A stretch of 64,000 nt of DNA. Origin: Eledone cirrhosa. Lineage: Eukaryota. The translations under genes were made by a program, and so were the position numbers. The DNA lies in the NCBI GenBank assembly GCA_964016885.1, contig OZ024743.1, forward strand, positions 53,134,001-53,198,000, given 5' to 3'. Positions within the stretch are counted from its first letter, which is position 1. Every line of letters begins with the position of its first letter. The notes beneath the pieces are model-generated. The model searched no databases. It saw only the letters and a program-made list of their open reading frames with translations, and was not told the DNA's origin. Below are positions 50,783 through 64,000 of the stretch, piece by piece.

Positions 50783-53700
50783 TTAACTCTTTAGCATTCA
50801 CATTACTCTATATTTACTATTGAATTTTTATAGTAAAGGCTTTACCTCACATAATATCTCACATAACATTTACATTACTCTATATATACTATTGTATTTT
50901 CACAGTAAAGGCTTTACCTCACATAATATCTCACATAACATTTACATTACTCTATATATACTTTTGTATTTTCATGGTAAAGTCTTTACCTCACATAATA
51001 TCTCACATAACATCTCATATACGAGAGACTGTGTTGACGTGTGTGAACAAGCTCGGCTACCGAGTTGGATTTACTTACTCAAAAGTGAGTTTTGATTAAT
51101 TTTTTTATACTGTAATATACGTTAACCCCTTGCCTGGGTCGTCAAACTTTGAGTTTATTTATTTTCGCCCCTTTTTGGGGCGAATTTTCCTTTTAAAAAT
51201 TTATTATGGCAAACTGATAGAAATGGACGGAATTTTCACATCTCATCCTAACGAGAAAGTCACGCCCCCTAAGAAAGGTGATACAGAGAAGCTAGAGGTA
51301 CAAGGCTCTAAGTCTTCCCTCCTCACTTCTGCAAAAGAAACATGGAACACGGAATTAAAAGAAAAATTTGTAAAAATGGGTGAAGACCCAGAAAGTCACA
51401 TAAACGCAAACAAAAACAACAATGACAATAACAGCATGATCAACAACAGCAATAGTCACAACACCAACCAAGGAAAAAATAACGATAACACCAAACAAAG
51501 CGAACCCACTACTGGTGCCTCCTTTGCATAGGCGGTCCGGAAAACACAGACCTGCAAGCAACTGGACATTACAACTCTGAGAGAAAAGATGAAGGAAGCA
51601 AAACAGTATGTAACTTTCAAAGAAGGAGGAGACTTCACAATCACCTCCCCACAAGAAATCAAAAGAGACACGACACTAAGAACGATATCTTTCAGAACAA
51701 TTTCCAACATAACAAGGAAACCAGCTCAATTATCCCAAAAAGAAATTGAGCTGGTCCTAAAAAATGTGTGGAGTGATATATCGTTCATACAAAAAGGGCC
51801 ACTCTATGGGAATATAACGGTGCTAATGAAGGATCAATTGACGGCCAGCAAATACTCAGTGGCGGCAATTGTTTCCAAGCTACACACATTTTTCTAAACA
51901 TATTTGGGGAAAAGAACACAGAAAATAAGAGTCTCCGGAATCCGGCCAAATGCATGCATTTCCTGGGTACTAACAGGATTTTTAGAAGACGAGGACGGAA
52001 TCCTTTCAGTAGGAGAAGTCACCACAGACGTTTTCGGCGGTTTGAGCATGGAGGTTCTGGTCCAAATGAGACCAGAACGAATAGCTAGAATACCACAGAG
52101 GGTGTCCCTCGATGGAGAAACATTTATATACATTTCAGCTGAGGGTAGGAGGCCCATATGTTACTACTGTTCAAGCAGGGGTCATCTAAGGGCTGCCTGT
52201 CCTCAATTGACAAAAAAAAGGCTCTTTTGCCTACACCCCACACACCACCACCGCCACCACCACCACCACCAACACCACTACCACCACCACCAACACCACT
52301 ACCACCACCACCACTACCACCACCACAACAACAACAAAAACAACAACAAAAACAACAAAAACAACACGGAAAAATAACACAAGACAAGGTCCCACCCAAA
52401 ACAACTCCAAAAACACATATAAACACAACAAAACCCCAAAATACACCACTACCCGACAGCACGGACGAGGACCCAGCTGAAACGGCACCTAGTGACGAAG
52501 AGGGGGAACCCTTCCAACCTGTAAAAAGAAAAAAAAGAAAACACCACACGAACATAAACGAAACAAACACACAACCACCAACAAAAACAAAACAAGTAGA
52601 ACAAACAAAATCCACCCCCACCCCAAAACATAACACATACAACAAAACGCAAGCACACACAAGAACAACAAACAAACACAACACAAATAAAACAGTATAC
52701 ATACATTAACACAAATAACAAAGAACTAGTAAAAACAATACACAAAGACCCTTCGGTGGAAACTGAAGGGCAATTCTTTGCAAGCTGCTGAGATAGGGGC
52801 GGCGCTGAGCCAATGCGGCAAACGCAAATCCGGACTTGTTCTCCGATATCCTCGAAGCGGTCTACTGCAACTGGCAGAAGAACGGGAGAATTCCCAGTTC
52901 TGTGACCAAGGGCGTAGTTATGCTGGTGAGGAAGGATGAGAACAAGGGGGATGACATAAGTAACTTCAGGCCCATAACTCTGCTAAATACAGAGTTAAAG
53001 ATTTTGGCCAAGGTGTTAGCGAAGAGGTTGGCGCTTGTTGTCGGAAACCTGGTGGGAGAAGCGCAGACATGCGCAATCCCGTCCAGGTCCATTCACGACA
53101 ATCTCCACCTTATGCAATACATCATAGAGAGGGTAGGGAATGAACCCGGCTTTGGTGGGGCCCTGATCAACTTGGATTAATCTAAAGCTTTCGATAGGGT
53201 TGACCATCGTTACCTGGATGCGGTGCTCGCGGCGGCAGGCTTCGGACCCGTTTTCAGGGGTTGGATTGCTGCGATGCACAGCAGCAACGTCTGCTCAAGG
53301 GTCAAGGTGAACGGCCACCTCTCGGAGCCATTCCAAATCATGCGATCCATCCGACAGGGATGCCCTCTCTCCTCCCTTCTGTATGTGCTGGCTCTTGAGC
53401 CACTACTGCGGAAGTTGGAGCGGTTGCAGGGCATCCCTTCGGAACCGGGATTGCAGAAAGCGGCGTCGGCCTACGCCGATGACGTGACAGTAATGGTGTC
53501 GAAAACCTCGCAAATCAGTGAGATCGGCACCTTACTGGAGGAATATGAAAGGTTTACAGGAGCCAAGCTGAACCGGGACAAGTCCGTCGGTTTGCAACTC
53601 GGAACATGGAGAGGCAAACCGATGCCCTCCAACGACGTGGTCGGACGCTGGACAGAGGGCCCAGTGAAGCTGCTTGGGGTCTGGTTCGGACCAGACCTCC

Positions 53701-55191
53701 AGGTGGAGAAAAACTGGAACGAGGTAATGGCCAGGGTGTTTGCACTCACCCAGAAGTGGGCCCAGTGCAAACTATCCCTGAAAGGTCAAGAGGAGGTGGC
53801 GAACACTTATATAGCATCCGTCATCTACTACCGCTTGACCGTCGTGCCTTGCCCAGTGAAAAGACTCACCAAAATGGAGTGCGCGCTGTTCCAATTTCTT
53901 TGGAACAAGCGGACCCCGTTGGTGAGGAGATCCATCTGCTGTCAACACCCTTCGAAAGGAGGGCTGGGGATGCCGTGGCTACAGATGCGTAAACACGCAT
54001 TAAGGCTACGGCACCTCCAGGTATTCCTCACCGGTCAACCGGTGTGGGCCCCGTTTGTGAGGCAAGCCTTTCCCAGACTCGTCTCGCTCACCAAGTTGCA
54101 ATCCTGGGTCAAGCAAAGACTGAGAAAAGTGGGCGACTGGCACATTGAATGTGCCCAGGCGCTCACGGCCCTCGACATTCTATAGAGGGTTGGTACGCAG
54201 CAGGTGCGACGATGCTCTCGGAGAAACTCTAGGCATGGAGGAAGGTGAACTGGCCAGTCTGTTCGGTAGGACGTTTGGCCCTGGACCGATGGACAACTTC
54301 CAAAAGTCCCTGGCTTGGCAGTGCTACCGAGGGGCTCTACCTGTTCGAGACAAGCTCCACAGGCATGGGAGCCTGGGTAGGGATCCTTTGAATAAGATCT
54401 GTCCGAGATGCGTGCATGACGACGAAACCGTTGCGCACGCATTCGTACACTGCCCAGGCATTGCCATTGTCACGATCAAACCGCCTCCCCTTTTCAAAAA
54501 CGAAGGAGAGGCGGTTTTTCTCTGTGTGATAGCCATGGCTAAAGAAGTTGTATGGTGGACGAGGCTGAAAGGGCTGAGGTCAGACACCTTTCTCTCCGGC
54601 CAACAACTGGTCCCCTTTTTCAAATATCATTTTAAAAGAAGGATCAGAATGGAGAGAGAGGTGCTCTACCCCAGCAAGTTTTATGAAAGGTGGGTGAAAG
54701 TAGGGAGAATGGCCAGAGTGAATGGGTCTTCTCTCTATATCAGCCTGTAGGTGAAAGAAGAGGAAAAAGAGGAGACGAGGGAAGCACCTACTCTTTGTGC
54801 TCCTGAGGAGAAGGGTTGCACATTTTTTCCGGGGTGTGTGCGACCCATGTTAATGCCCCCTCCCTATTGAGGACTTCGTTTGTTGTTATTTCCTTGTTAT
54901 ATTTTTGTACTCATTAATTATATGTAAACTTCCCCCCTTGTATCTGTCCCTACCTTTTGTGCCCTGGTGGCAAATAAAGAAATTACTCTATATATACTAT
55001 TGTATTTTCACGGTGAAGGCTTTACCTTACATAATTATTCACATCGAATCTATGAGATTTTGATGATATTATTATTTACTTTGAAAACAAGACCTTAACA
55101 TCAGTATGAGTGGCTAGTTACGGCCAGTTTGAACAGTGAGAGGTGAGAGAATTCTGGCTGGATATGGCCGGTTTAAATGCTAAAGGGTTAA
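50783..55191 (+). mobile_element. Second composite MITE containing three 72-bp units and Tx1 copy 2
   Basis: TTAA-CTCTTTAGCATTCA at 50783 and TAAATGCTAAAGGG-TTAA ending at 55191. Confidence 0.85.
51013..54981 (+). pseudogene. Tx1 copy 2, 5'-complete but inactivated (stops, frameshifts, APE domain deleted)
   Basis: Highly similar to 4100-9750. TAG at 51529, TAA at 53178; lacks copy-1 5806-7400, 7447-7490, 8833-8870 and 9162-9227. Confidence 0.92.
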
Positions 55192-55641
55192 ACTAATATA
55201 TTTCTTCATTGTACTGTGTCATTTGTTTTGTTACTTTTCTTTATTTATTGCATATATAGATATGAAAACACATGTGAATTAGGATACAGTAGCGATTGAA
55301 AAATTTGAAAATAGAATTAGAAGCTCTCACTGTAAATTTACTACAGAAAGTAGTCTAATATTAGGGCATATGAGCCCCCAAAATAATTTTTAAAATGTCC
55401 TTTTTTTTCTTATGGGGGTTTATATGCCACTATTTTCTGTAGACAATCTACATTGGAAGCTTCCAATTCTATTTTCAATATATATACTTAAGTCATGTCT
55501 AAGTGTAATTATATATCCCTAACTTTTTTATCAACCTGTTCTTCAAATTAAAGGTGCCTCTTCTAATAAAAAATATAAAAGATAACTGCTATATGTTTTA
55601 TTCTACCATTTTCAACCAACTAAAATTATTCTATTTTTCAG

Positions 55642-55850
55642 CAACCATTGGTTCTAGTGATCTGCCTTGTGACGGCACATACAGTCTTGCTAACTCACAA
55701 TTCTCACAAGAATCTGATGTCAGTTGGCCTTCCGATGAATTCGACTGCTCTGATGATCTAAATTCTGACTCTGATGATGATGAATACCCAAACAAACCTC
55801 TTCCACCAATTCCTAAGAAACAACCATATCGATTCGCAGACTCTGAAGTG
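55642..55850 (+). CDS. ARHGEF10: Host gene exon C (ATIGSSDLPCDGTYSL...SWPSDEFDCSDD...NKPLPPIPKK...DSEV)
   Basis: TTTTTCAG acceptor, GTG|GTAAAT donor, phase 1-0. SWPSDEFD resembles the WSSSEFE acidic motif I recall in ARHGEF10/10L N-termini. Symbol is tentative. Confidence 0.6.
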
Positions 55851-56336
55851 GTAAATATCTCATGAAAGTTTGAGTGTGTATGTGTGGAGGAGCAGCTTCT
55901 TTTTGTTTTACTTTGAATTCTTTCCCATTTGCAGTGTTTAGTGTTAGGAAGGGCATCCATTAGTTGAAATTGTGCTGATATGGAATGTATGAACACACAG
56001 CTGTCTGAGCGTGTTTTGTCTCAGGCTGTGACAAACTCTGCAACCCATGTCAACATGGAAAGTGGTCATAGAATGATGATGATAAGCAGAACCACATCCT
56101 AAACAACAATGTCCTCAAACTAACTGGAATCCCAACACCACTAATTTTGATAACAATAACAGGTTGATATTATAGGGACCCACTAATTTTGATAACAATA
56201 ACAGGCTGATATTATAGGGACCCACTAATTTTAATAACAATAACAGGCTGATAACAACTAGTTGACTACTTTATGTAAATACAAATTTTGGTAGTCACTC
56301 ATTTTCATAACTAATAACAATAACCAGCTAATAACA

Positions 56337-56564
56337 TTAACTCTTTAGCATTTACATTATTTTATATTTACTATTATGTTTTCATAATAAACATTTTATT
56401 TCACATAATTATCTCACATATATCGAATCTATGAGATTTTGATATTATTTATTTTGAGAACAATACCTTAACATCAGTATGAGCGGCCAGTTTCAGCCAG
56501 TTTGAACAGAAAGAGGTGAGAGAATTCTGGCCGGATATGGCCGGTTTAAATGCTAAAGGGTTAA
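56337..56564 (+). mobile_element. Monomeric TTAA MITE (LINE-free)
   Basis: TTAA-CTCTTTAGCATTTA ... TAAATGCTAAAGGG-TTAA. Confidence 0.88.
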
Positions 56565-56683
56565 GAAAACAAATGGGTTGAGACTCAGTAATTTTGATAG
56601 CAGTAACCAGCAACAATAACAGGCTGATAACATTAAGCAAATGAAGGGTTTCCAATTCAGTAATTTAACGAGGTACTTGTCAA

Positions 56684-56902
56684 TAGTATTTAAACAGGCC
56701 ATATCCGGCCAGAATTCTATCACCCCTTTCTCTTCAAACCGGTCGTAACTTGCTACTCATACATATATTGAGGTATTGTTCTCAAAATAAATAACATCAG
56801 AATCTCATAGATTCGATATTATGTGAGATATTATGTGGAATAAAGCCTTTATCATAAAAATACAACAGTATTTATAGAGTAATTTGAATGCTAAAAGGTT
56901 AA
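56684..56902 (-). mobile_element. Monomeric TTAA MITE (LINE-free, one end eroded)
   Basis: Reverse-complement match to the family; ends TGCTAAAAGG-TTAA. Confidence 0.8.
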
Positions 56903-56950
56903 TAATCAATTTCTAAATTTTTAAAGATATTTTTGTTTTTGCTTGTTTAG

Positions 56951-57103
56951 GCATTGGCATTATTCAACAAAATTCGCAGCACGGGCACCAAAAACTTTAG
57001 TGATAATGAAGAAGAATGCATATGTTTTCCGGTGACCTTGAAGACAGATAAATTTGAACCTCCACATTTGCCACCCCCACCAGAAGGCCTAACATGTAAA
57101 CAG
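56951..57103 (+). CDS. ARHGEF10: Host gene exon D ending PPHLPPPPEGLTCKQ, expected just before a DH domain (ARHGEF10/10L-like)
   Basis: TTGTTTAG acceptor, CAG|GTAACT donor, 51 codons, phase 0-0. PPxLxPxPEGL(S/T)xxQ matches, from memory, the segment preceding the DH domain of ARHGEF10/10L. The DH exons are not seen in this window. Confidence 0.6.
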
Positions 57104-57989
57104 GTAACTTTCATACTAATTACAACTGTTTATGTAGTCATAGATGAATGGTTAAAAATTTCACTTTGTAATCATGAGGTGGTAGTGGTGGTGGTGGTGG
57201 TAGTAGTGGTGGTGGTAGTGGTAGTGGTGGTGGTGGTGGTAGTGGTAGTGGTGGTGGTGGTAGAGGTGTTTGGTAGTGGTGGTCGTGGTTGTAGTGGTGT
57301 TGGTGGTGGTGGTTGTGGTGTTGGTAGCGGTGGTGGTAGTGGGGGGGGGGGTAGTAGTGGTGGGGGGTGGCGGTGGTGGTAGTGGTGGTGGTAGTATTGG
57401 ATGGTATATGGGGAAAAATAAGTCGGAAACCAGTGACAGCAGCAGCAATATATACATGTGTGTGTGTCGAATAAGAACAGAGTAAAAACACTTGAGAAAG
57501 TTACTACCTATGTTGGCAGTGATGGGGTTCTCTCTTCAGTACATGTGTGAGGAATGCAATGCTCTATGTACATGAAACATGAGCAGCAAAGGCTGAGGAT
57601 ATGGAGAGGCTGGATAGAAATGAAGTTAGCATATTCCAGTGGATATGTAATGTTAGTTAAGTATGAACAATGAAGCATGGATAAGCTGAGAGAGAAAAAA
57701 GCTGGGTATAAGAGGAATCAGATGTTGTGTGAAAGAGTGAAGACTGCATGACCATAGGATTTGAAAAGAGGGTGATCGTTTGGTGAAGAAGTGCCAGGAG
57801 ATGGCAGTTGAAAGAAGCTGCATTAGAGGAAGACTGAGGAAGGCTTGAGTAAAAGTGGTGAGAGCTGATCTCAAAATGTTGAGCTTCACATAGGAGATGA
57901 TGCAGAAATGCTGGAAAGACTTGTTCTGCCCATCCAACATGGTATAACGAATGTAAAATGATGATGATGATGATTTTATATAATACATA

Positions 57990-60900
57990 TGACATGGCAA
58001 AAAGTGCCCTGTCCACACTGTAAAGTGGTTGTGTAGGTGTCACGACAAAAAGCACCCAGTCCACATTGTGAAGTGGTCATGTAGGTGTCACAACAAAAAG
58101 CACCCAGTCCACATTGTGAAGTGGTCATGTAGGTGTCACAACAAAAATCACCCAGTCCACATTGTAAAGTGGTCATGTAGGTGTCACAACAAAAAGCACC
58201 CAGTCCATATTGTAAAGTGGTCATGTAGGTGTCACGACAAAAAGCACCCAGTCCACACTGTAAAGTGGTTGTGTAGGTGTCACGACAAAAAGCACCCAGT
58301 CCACATTGTGAAGTGGTCATGTAGGTGTCACAACAAAAAGCACCCAGTCCCCATTGTGAAGTGGTCTTGTAGGTGTCACAACAAAAAGCACCCAGTCCAC
58401 ATTGTAAAGTGGTCATGTAGGTGTCACAACAAAAAGCACCCAGTCCATATTGTAAAGTGGTCATGTAGGTGTCACGACAAAAAGCACCCAGTCCACACTG
58501 TAAAGTGGTTGTGTAGGTGTCACGACAAAAAGCACCCAGTCCACACTGTAAAGTGGTCATGTAGGTGTCACGACAAAAAGCACCCAGTCCACACTGTAAA
58601 GTGGTTGTGTAGGTGTCACGACAAAAAGCACCCAGTCCACATTGTAAAGTGGTCATGTAGGTGTCACGATAAAAAGCACCCAGTCCACATTGTAAAGTGG
58701 TTGTGTATGTGTCATGACAAAAAACACCCAGTCCACACTGTAAAGTGGTCATGTAGGTGTCACGACAAAAAGCACCCAGTCCACATTGTAAACTGGTCGT
58801 GTAGGTGTCATGACAAAAAGCTCCGAGCCCACATTGTAAAGTGGTCATGTAGGTGTCACGACAAAAAGCACCCAGTCCACATTGTAAAGTGGTTGAGTAT
58901 GTGTCATGACAAAAAGCACACAGTCCACACTGTAAAGTGGTCATGTAGGTGTCACGACAAAAAGCACCCAGTCCACACTGCAAAGTGGTTGTGTAGGTGG
59001 TGTCACGACAAAAAGCACCCAGTCCACATTGTAAAGTGGTCATGTAGGTGTCACGACAAAAAGCACCCAGTCCACATTGTAAAGTGGTCATGTAGGTGTC
59101 ACGACAAAAAGCACCCAGTCCACATTGTAAAGTGGTCGTGTAGGTGTCATGACAAAAAGCACCCAGTCCACATTGTAAAGTGGTCATGTAAGTGTCACGA
59201 CAAAAAGCGCCCAGTCCACACTGTAAAGTGGTCATGTAGGTGTCACGACAAAAAGCACCCAGTCCACATTGTAAAGTGGTCATGTAGGTGTCACGACAAA
59301 AAGCACCCAGTCCACATTGTAAAGTGGTCGTGTAGGTGTCATGACAAAAAGCACCCAGTCCACACTGCAAAGTGGTTGTGTAGGTGTCACGACAAAAAGC
59401 ACCCAGTCCACATTGTAAAGTGGTCGTGTAGGTGTCATGACAAAAAGCACCCAGTCCACATTGTAAAATGGTCATGTAGGTGTCACGACAAAAAGCACCC
59501 AGTCCACATTGTAAAGTGGTTGTGTATGTGTCATGACAAAAAGCACCCAGTCCACACTGTAAAGTGGTCATGTAGGTGTCACGACAAAAAGCACCCAGTC
59601 CACACTGTAAAGTGGTTGTGTAGGTGTCACGACAAAAAGCACCCAGTCCACATTGTAAAGTGGTCATGTAGGTGTCACGACAAAAAGCACCCAGTCTACA
59701 TTGTAAAGTGGTCGTGTAGGTGTCATGACAAAAAGCACCCAGTCCACACTGCAAAGTGGTTGTGTAGGTGTCACGACAAAAAGCACCCAGCCCACACTGT
59801 AAAGTGGTAGTGTTGGTGTCACGACAAAAAGCACCCAGTCCACATTGTAAAGTGGTCGTGTAGGTGTCATGACAAAAAGCACCCAGTCCACATTGTAAAA
59901 TGGTCATGTAGGTGTCACGACAAAAAGCACCCAGTCCACATTGTAAAGTGGTCATGTAGGTGTCACGACAAAAAGCACCCAGTCCACATTGTAAAGTGGT
60001 TGTGTATGTGTCATGACAAAAAACACCCAGTCCACACTGTAAAGTGGTCATGTAGGTGTCACGACAAAAAGCACCCAGTCCACATTGTAAACTGGTCGTG
60101 TAGGTGTCATGACAAAAAGCTCCGAGCCCACATTGTAAAGTGGTCATGTAGGTGTCACGACAAAAAGCACCCAGTCCACATTGTAAAGTGGTTGAGTATG
60201 TGTCATGACAAAAAGCACACAGTCCACACTGTAAAGTGGTCATGTAGGTGTCACGACAAAAAGCACCCAGTCCACACTGCAAAGTGGTTGTGTAGGTGGT
60301 GTCACGACAAAAAGCACCCAGTCCACATTGTAAAGTGGTCATGTAGGTGTCACGACAAAAAGCACCCAGTCTACATTGTAAAGTGGTCGTGTAGGTGTCA
60401 TGACAAAAAGCACCCAGTCCACACTGCAAAGTGGTTGTGTAGCTGTCACGACAAAAAGCACCCAGCCCACACTGTAAAGTGGTAGTGTTGGTGTCACGAC
60501 AAAAAGCACCCAGTCCACACTGTAAAGTGGTCGTTTAGGTGTCACGACAAAAAGCACCCAGTCCACACTGTAAAGTGGTTGTGTACGTGTCACGACAAAA
60601 AGCACCCAGTCCACATTGTAAAGTGGTCATGTAGGTGTCACGACAAAAAGCACCCAGTCCACATTGTAAAGTGGTCATGTAGGTGTCATGACAAAAAGCA
60701 CCCAGTCCACACTGTAAAGTGGTCATGTAGGTGTCACGACAAAAAGCACCCAGTCCACATTGTAAAGTGGTCGTGTAGGTGTCACAACTAAAAGCACCCA
60801 GTCCACATTGTAAAGTGGTCATGTAGGTGTCACGACAAAAAGCACCCAGTCCACATTGTAAAGTGGTCATGTAGGTGTCACGAAAAAAAGCACCCAGTCC

Positions 60901-62030
60901 ACACTGTAAAGTGGTTGTGTAGGTGTCACGCAAAAAGAACCCAGTCCACACTGTAAAGTGGTCATGTAGGTGTCACGACAAAAAGCACCCAGTCCACATT
61001 GTAAAGTGGTCGTGTAGGTGTCATGACAAAAAGCACCCAGTCCACATTGTAAAATGGTCATGTAGGTGTCAGGACAAAAAGCACCCAGTACACATTGTAA
61101 AGTGGTCATGTAAGTGTCACGACAAAAAGCACCCAGTCCACACTGTAAAGTGGTTGTGTAGGTGTCACGACAAAAAGCACCCAGTCCACATTGTAAAGTG
61201 GTCATGTAGGTGTCATGACAAAAAGCACCCAGTCCACATTGTAAAGTGGTCGTGTAGGTGTCACGAAAAAAAGCACCCAGTCCACACTGTAAAGTGGTTG
61301 TGTAGGTGTCACGCAAAAAGCACCCAGTCCACACTGTAAAGTGGTCATGTAGGTGTCACGACAAAAAGCACCCAGTCCACATTGTAAAGTGGTCATGTAG
61401 GTGTCATGACAAAAAGCACCCAGTCCACATTGTAAAATGGTCATGTAGGTGTCACGACAAAAAGCACCCAGTCCACATTGTAAAGTAGTTGTGTAGGTGT
61501 CATGACAAAAAGCACCCAGTCCACACTGTAAAGTGGTTATGTAGGTGTCACGACAAAAAGCACCCAGTCCACACTGTAAAGTGGTCGTGTAGGTGTCATG
61601 ACAAAAAGCACCCAGTCCACACTGTAAAGTGGTCATGTAGGTGTCACGACAAAAAGCAGCCAGTCCACATTGTAAAGTGGTCGTGTAGGTGTCATGACAA
61701 AAAGCACCCAGTCCACATTGTAAAATGGTCATGTAGGTGTCACGACAAAAAGCACCCAGTCCACATCGTAAAGTGGCCATGTAGGTGTCACGACAAAAAG
61801 CACCCAGTCCACATTGTAAAGTGGTCGTGTAGGTGTCATGACAAAAAGCACCCAGTCCACATTGTAAAATGGTCATGTAGGTGTCACGACAAAAAGCACC
61901 CAGTCCACATTGTAAAGTGGTCATGAAGGTGTCACGACAAAAAGCACCCTGTCCACACTGTAATGTGGTCATGTAGGTGTCACAACAAAAAGCACCCAGT
62001 CCACATTGTAAAGTGGTTATGTATGTCGCA
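57990..62030 (+). repeat. 48-bp minisatellite (~84 units) derived from a SINE interior
   Basis: Unit CAAAAAGCACCCAGTCCACATTGTAAAGTGGTCATGTAGGTGTCACGA; runs into an ordinary SINE 3' half at 62030-62226. Confidence 0.95.
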
Positions 62031-63039
62031 GTAAAAAGTACCCAGCACTCACTGTAAATGAGGTTGGAGTTAGGAAGGGCATCCAAACCAGAATCAGTTC
62101 CAAACCAAACCAGAATCAGTTCTGTATAAGCAAGACAAGGTCACCTGACATTGCCCACAACAGGACAACTTGTCTAACCCATGGTAGTGTAGAAGAATGG
62201 ATGTAAAACGGGGATGATGATGATGATATGTTATATCCGTTTCTGCTGATCCTCTTAAGTGACAAATCCCCTCCACAATGTATAATTATTGATGCCACAG
62301 TTGTTGCTGTGGCTGCAAATGTCATGGCAACAATTACTGAATTCTTCTCTCCTCCCCATCTCCTCCTCCCTCCTCCATTCTCCACTTATTCCTCTATCTT
62401 TCTATCTCCCTCACCTTCTTTCACTCTTTGTCCTCGTCTCTGTCTGTCTGTCTTTCTGCCAGTCCCTCTCTCCCACTCTTTATCTGTGTGTGTATGTGTA
62501 TGTATGTGTGTATGTGTATGTATGTGTGTATATTTATGCGTGTGTGTGTGTGTGTGTGTGTGTCTGTGTGTCTTCCTGTAATTAAGAAAGTGACATTGTT
62601 GTTTTAAGCCAGGCTGTACTCTCTCTCTGTCTGCATATGTGTCTGTGTCTGTAAGTGTGTGTAGGTGTGTGTATGTGTGTCTGTAAGTGTGTGTGTGTGT
62701 GTCTGTAAGTGTGTGTACGTGTACATGAGCATGTAGGTGTGTGTGTACGTGGGTCTGTAAGTGTGTGTGTGTGTACATGTGTGTTTAGGTTTGTCTGTAA
62801 GTGTGTGTGTACATGAGTGTGTAGGTGTGTGTGTGTGTATGTATGCATGTCTGTCTGTGTGTCTGATATATTTTATTCAGTAATGACAATCTGTTGTTGA
62901 TGTGGATGTTGTTGTTACTGCTGCTTTCATTGGAGCTTCTGTTGTTGTTGTTGTTGTAAGACAGCCTTGCAGTATTTGTTCTACTTCTCCATGATCTGAG
63001 TTCAAAGCCTTTGAGGACAACTTTATCTTTCCTTCTTTT

Positions 63040-63665
63040 GTGCACCCGAGTGTCTCAGTATTGCTGACCTGTTTATGTCAAGCTCTTTCTGTCCCGTGTA
63101 GAACAGATCTATCAACTGAGTCCATTGTGAAGATCACTCCGCCATCTTCCTTTAGAGGGGAACGACAGGCAGTCTTTATCTGCCTGGTGACCATGGCGAA
63201 AGAGGTCGTGTGTGGTCACATTTGAAAGAGTTGAAGACAAGCATTTTCCCCTTCAGTGAAGCCTTGATTAACTTTTTCAGGTTTCACTTGAAGAGGGAAA
63301 TCGGGGTGGAGAGGGAAGTGCAGCCTTCCAACCAGTTTGGTGAAAGTGGATGAGAGAGGCGAGCATGGTCCGTGTGAATGGGCCTGCCTTGAGCATACGT
63401 CTGTAGATTGGAGTGGAATAACTGGGAGAGGGCACTATGCCCTAGCAGACAGAGTGACCATGGCTTTTGTGGGATCTCTACATGAGTGACCCTTGGAGTC
63501 TCCACACCTTTGGGGAAGTTGTTATGTTTGTTTTAAATGTTTATTTTCTTAGTCACTTTTATAAATTATATTTTACACAAAGACAAACCGACACTGTATC
63601 ATCCTGTACCGTCTTTAATGTTTCCTTAATGTGAGCCCTGTGTGGCTAATAAAGACATCATCACC
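63040..63665 (+). mobile_element. 5'-truncated 3' end of a divergent sister Tx1 family
   Basis: STESIVKITPPSSFRGERQAVFICLVTMAKEVV aligns with ORF2 TTESIVTIKPPPPFKNEGEAVFLCVVAMAKEVV. Ends GCCCTGTGTGGCTAATAAAGA then a CAT/TAT tail. Confidence 0.8.
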
Positions 63666-64000
63666 ATCATTATTATTATTATTATAGGGCGCTGGTTTGG
63701 CAGTATTGGTAGAGCGTCAGACACCATGCTTTGCAGCATAGAGTTATGGCCCTTTACATGTTGAGTTCGAATCCCGCCGAGGTTAACTTTACCTTTCATC
63801 CTTATGGGGTCAATAAAATAAAGTACCACTAATGCACTGGAGTCGATATAATTGAATTTCCCCTCCCCAAAATTGCTGGCCTTGTGCCTATAGCAGAAAT
63901 CATTATTGTCACAACTTTGAGGGTCCTGAGTTGTGACACATTGTTTTCTTCAATATGTGGTTCTATTTTATTCCTTATGGTTTATTTTCCTTCTTATCTT

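Noticed and set aside
57976-62086. 817-aa and 593-aa Cys/His-rich ORFs resembling multiheme or zinc-finger proteins
   Set aside because: Translation of a 48-bp SINE-derived minisatellite (length divisible by 3); open on both strands, with no splice or start context.

Overview
Eukaryotic, AT-rich, microsatellite-dense animal DNA; the repeat style suggests a cephalopod such as Octopus (inference). Four in-phase + strand exons (224-965, 33403-33501, 55642-55850, 56951-57103) encode the N-terminal part of a probable ARHGEF10-like RhoGEF, and the rest is intron filled with transposable elements. Four things stand out. (1) A full-length, ORF-intact Tx1-clade LINE (4100-9750) and a deleted second copy (51013-54981) sit at the same position inside a ~230-bp TTAA-flanked, piggyBac-like MITE. 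Only the LINE-occupied MITEs have expanded a 72-bp target segment into tandem arrays. (2) About 12 short, mutually divergent elements, mostly beside (TA)n tracts, carry intact or decayed type-I hammerhead ribozyme folds, often with 5' inverted duplications and a shared 3' motif (Penelope pLTR or retrozyme-like). (3) A 6.5 x 615-bp array appears built from such an element. (4) A ~84 x 48-bp minisatellite has grown from a SINE interior. Also present: two Penelope-like ORF remnants, CR1, RTE and R4-like LINE pieces, tRNA-derived SINEs, a non-autonomous Helitron and other MITEs. All calls were made by eye without database searches.
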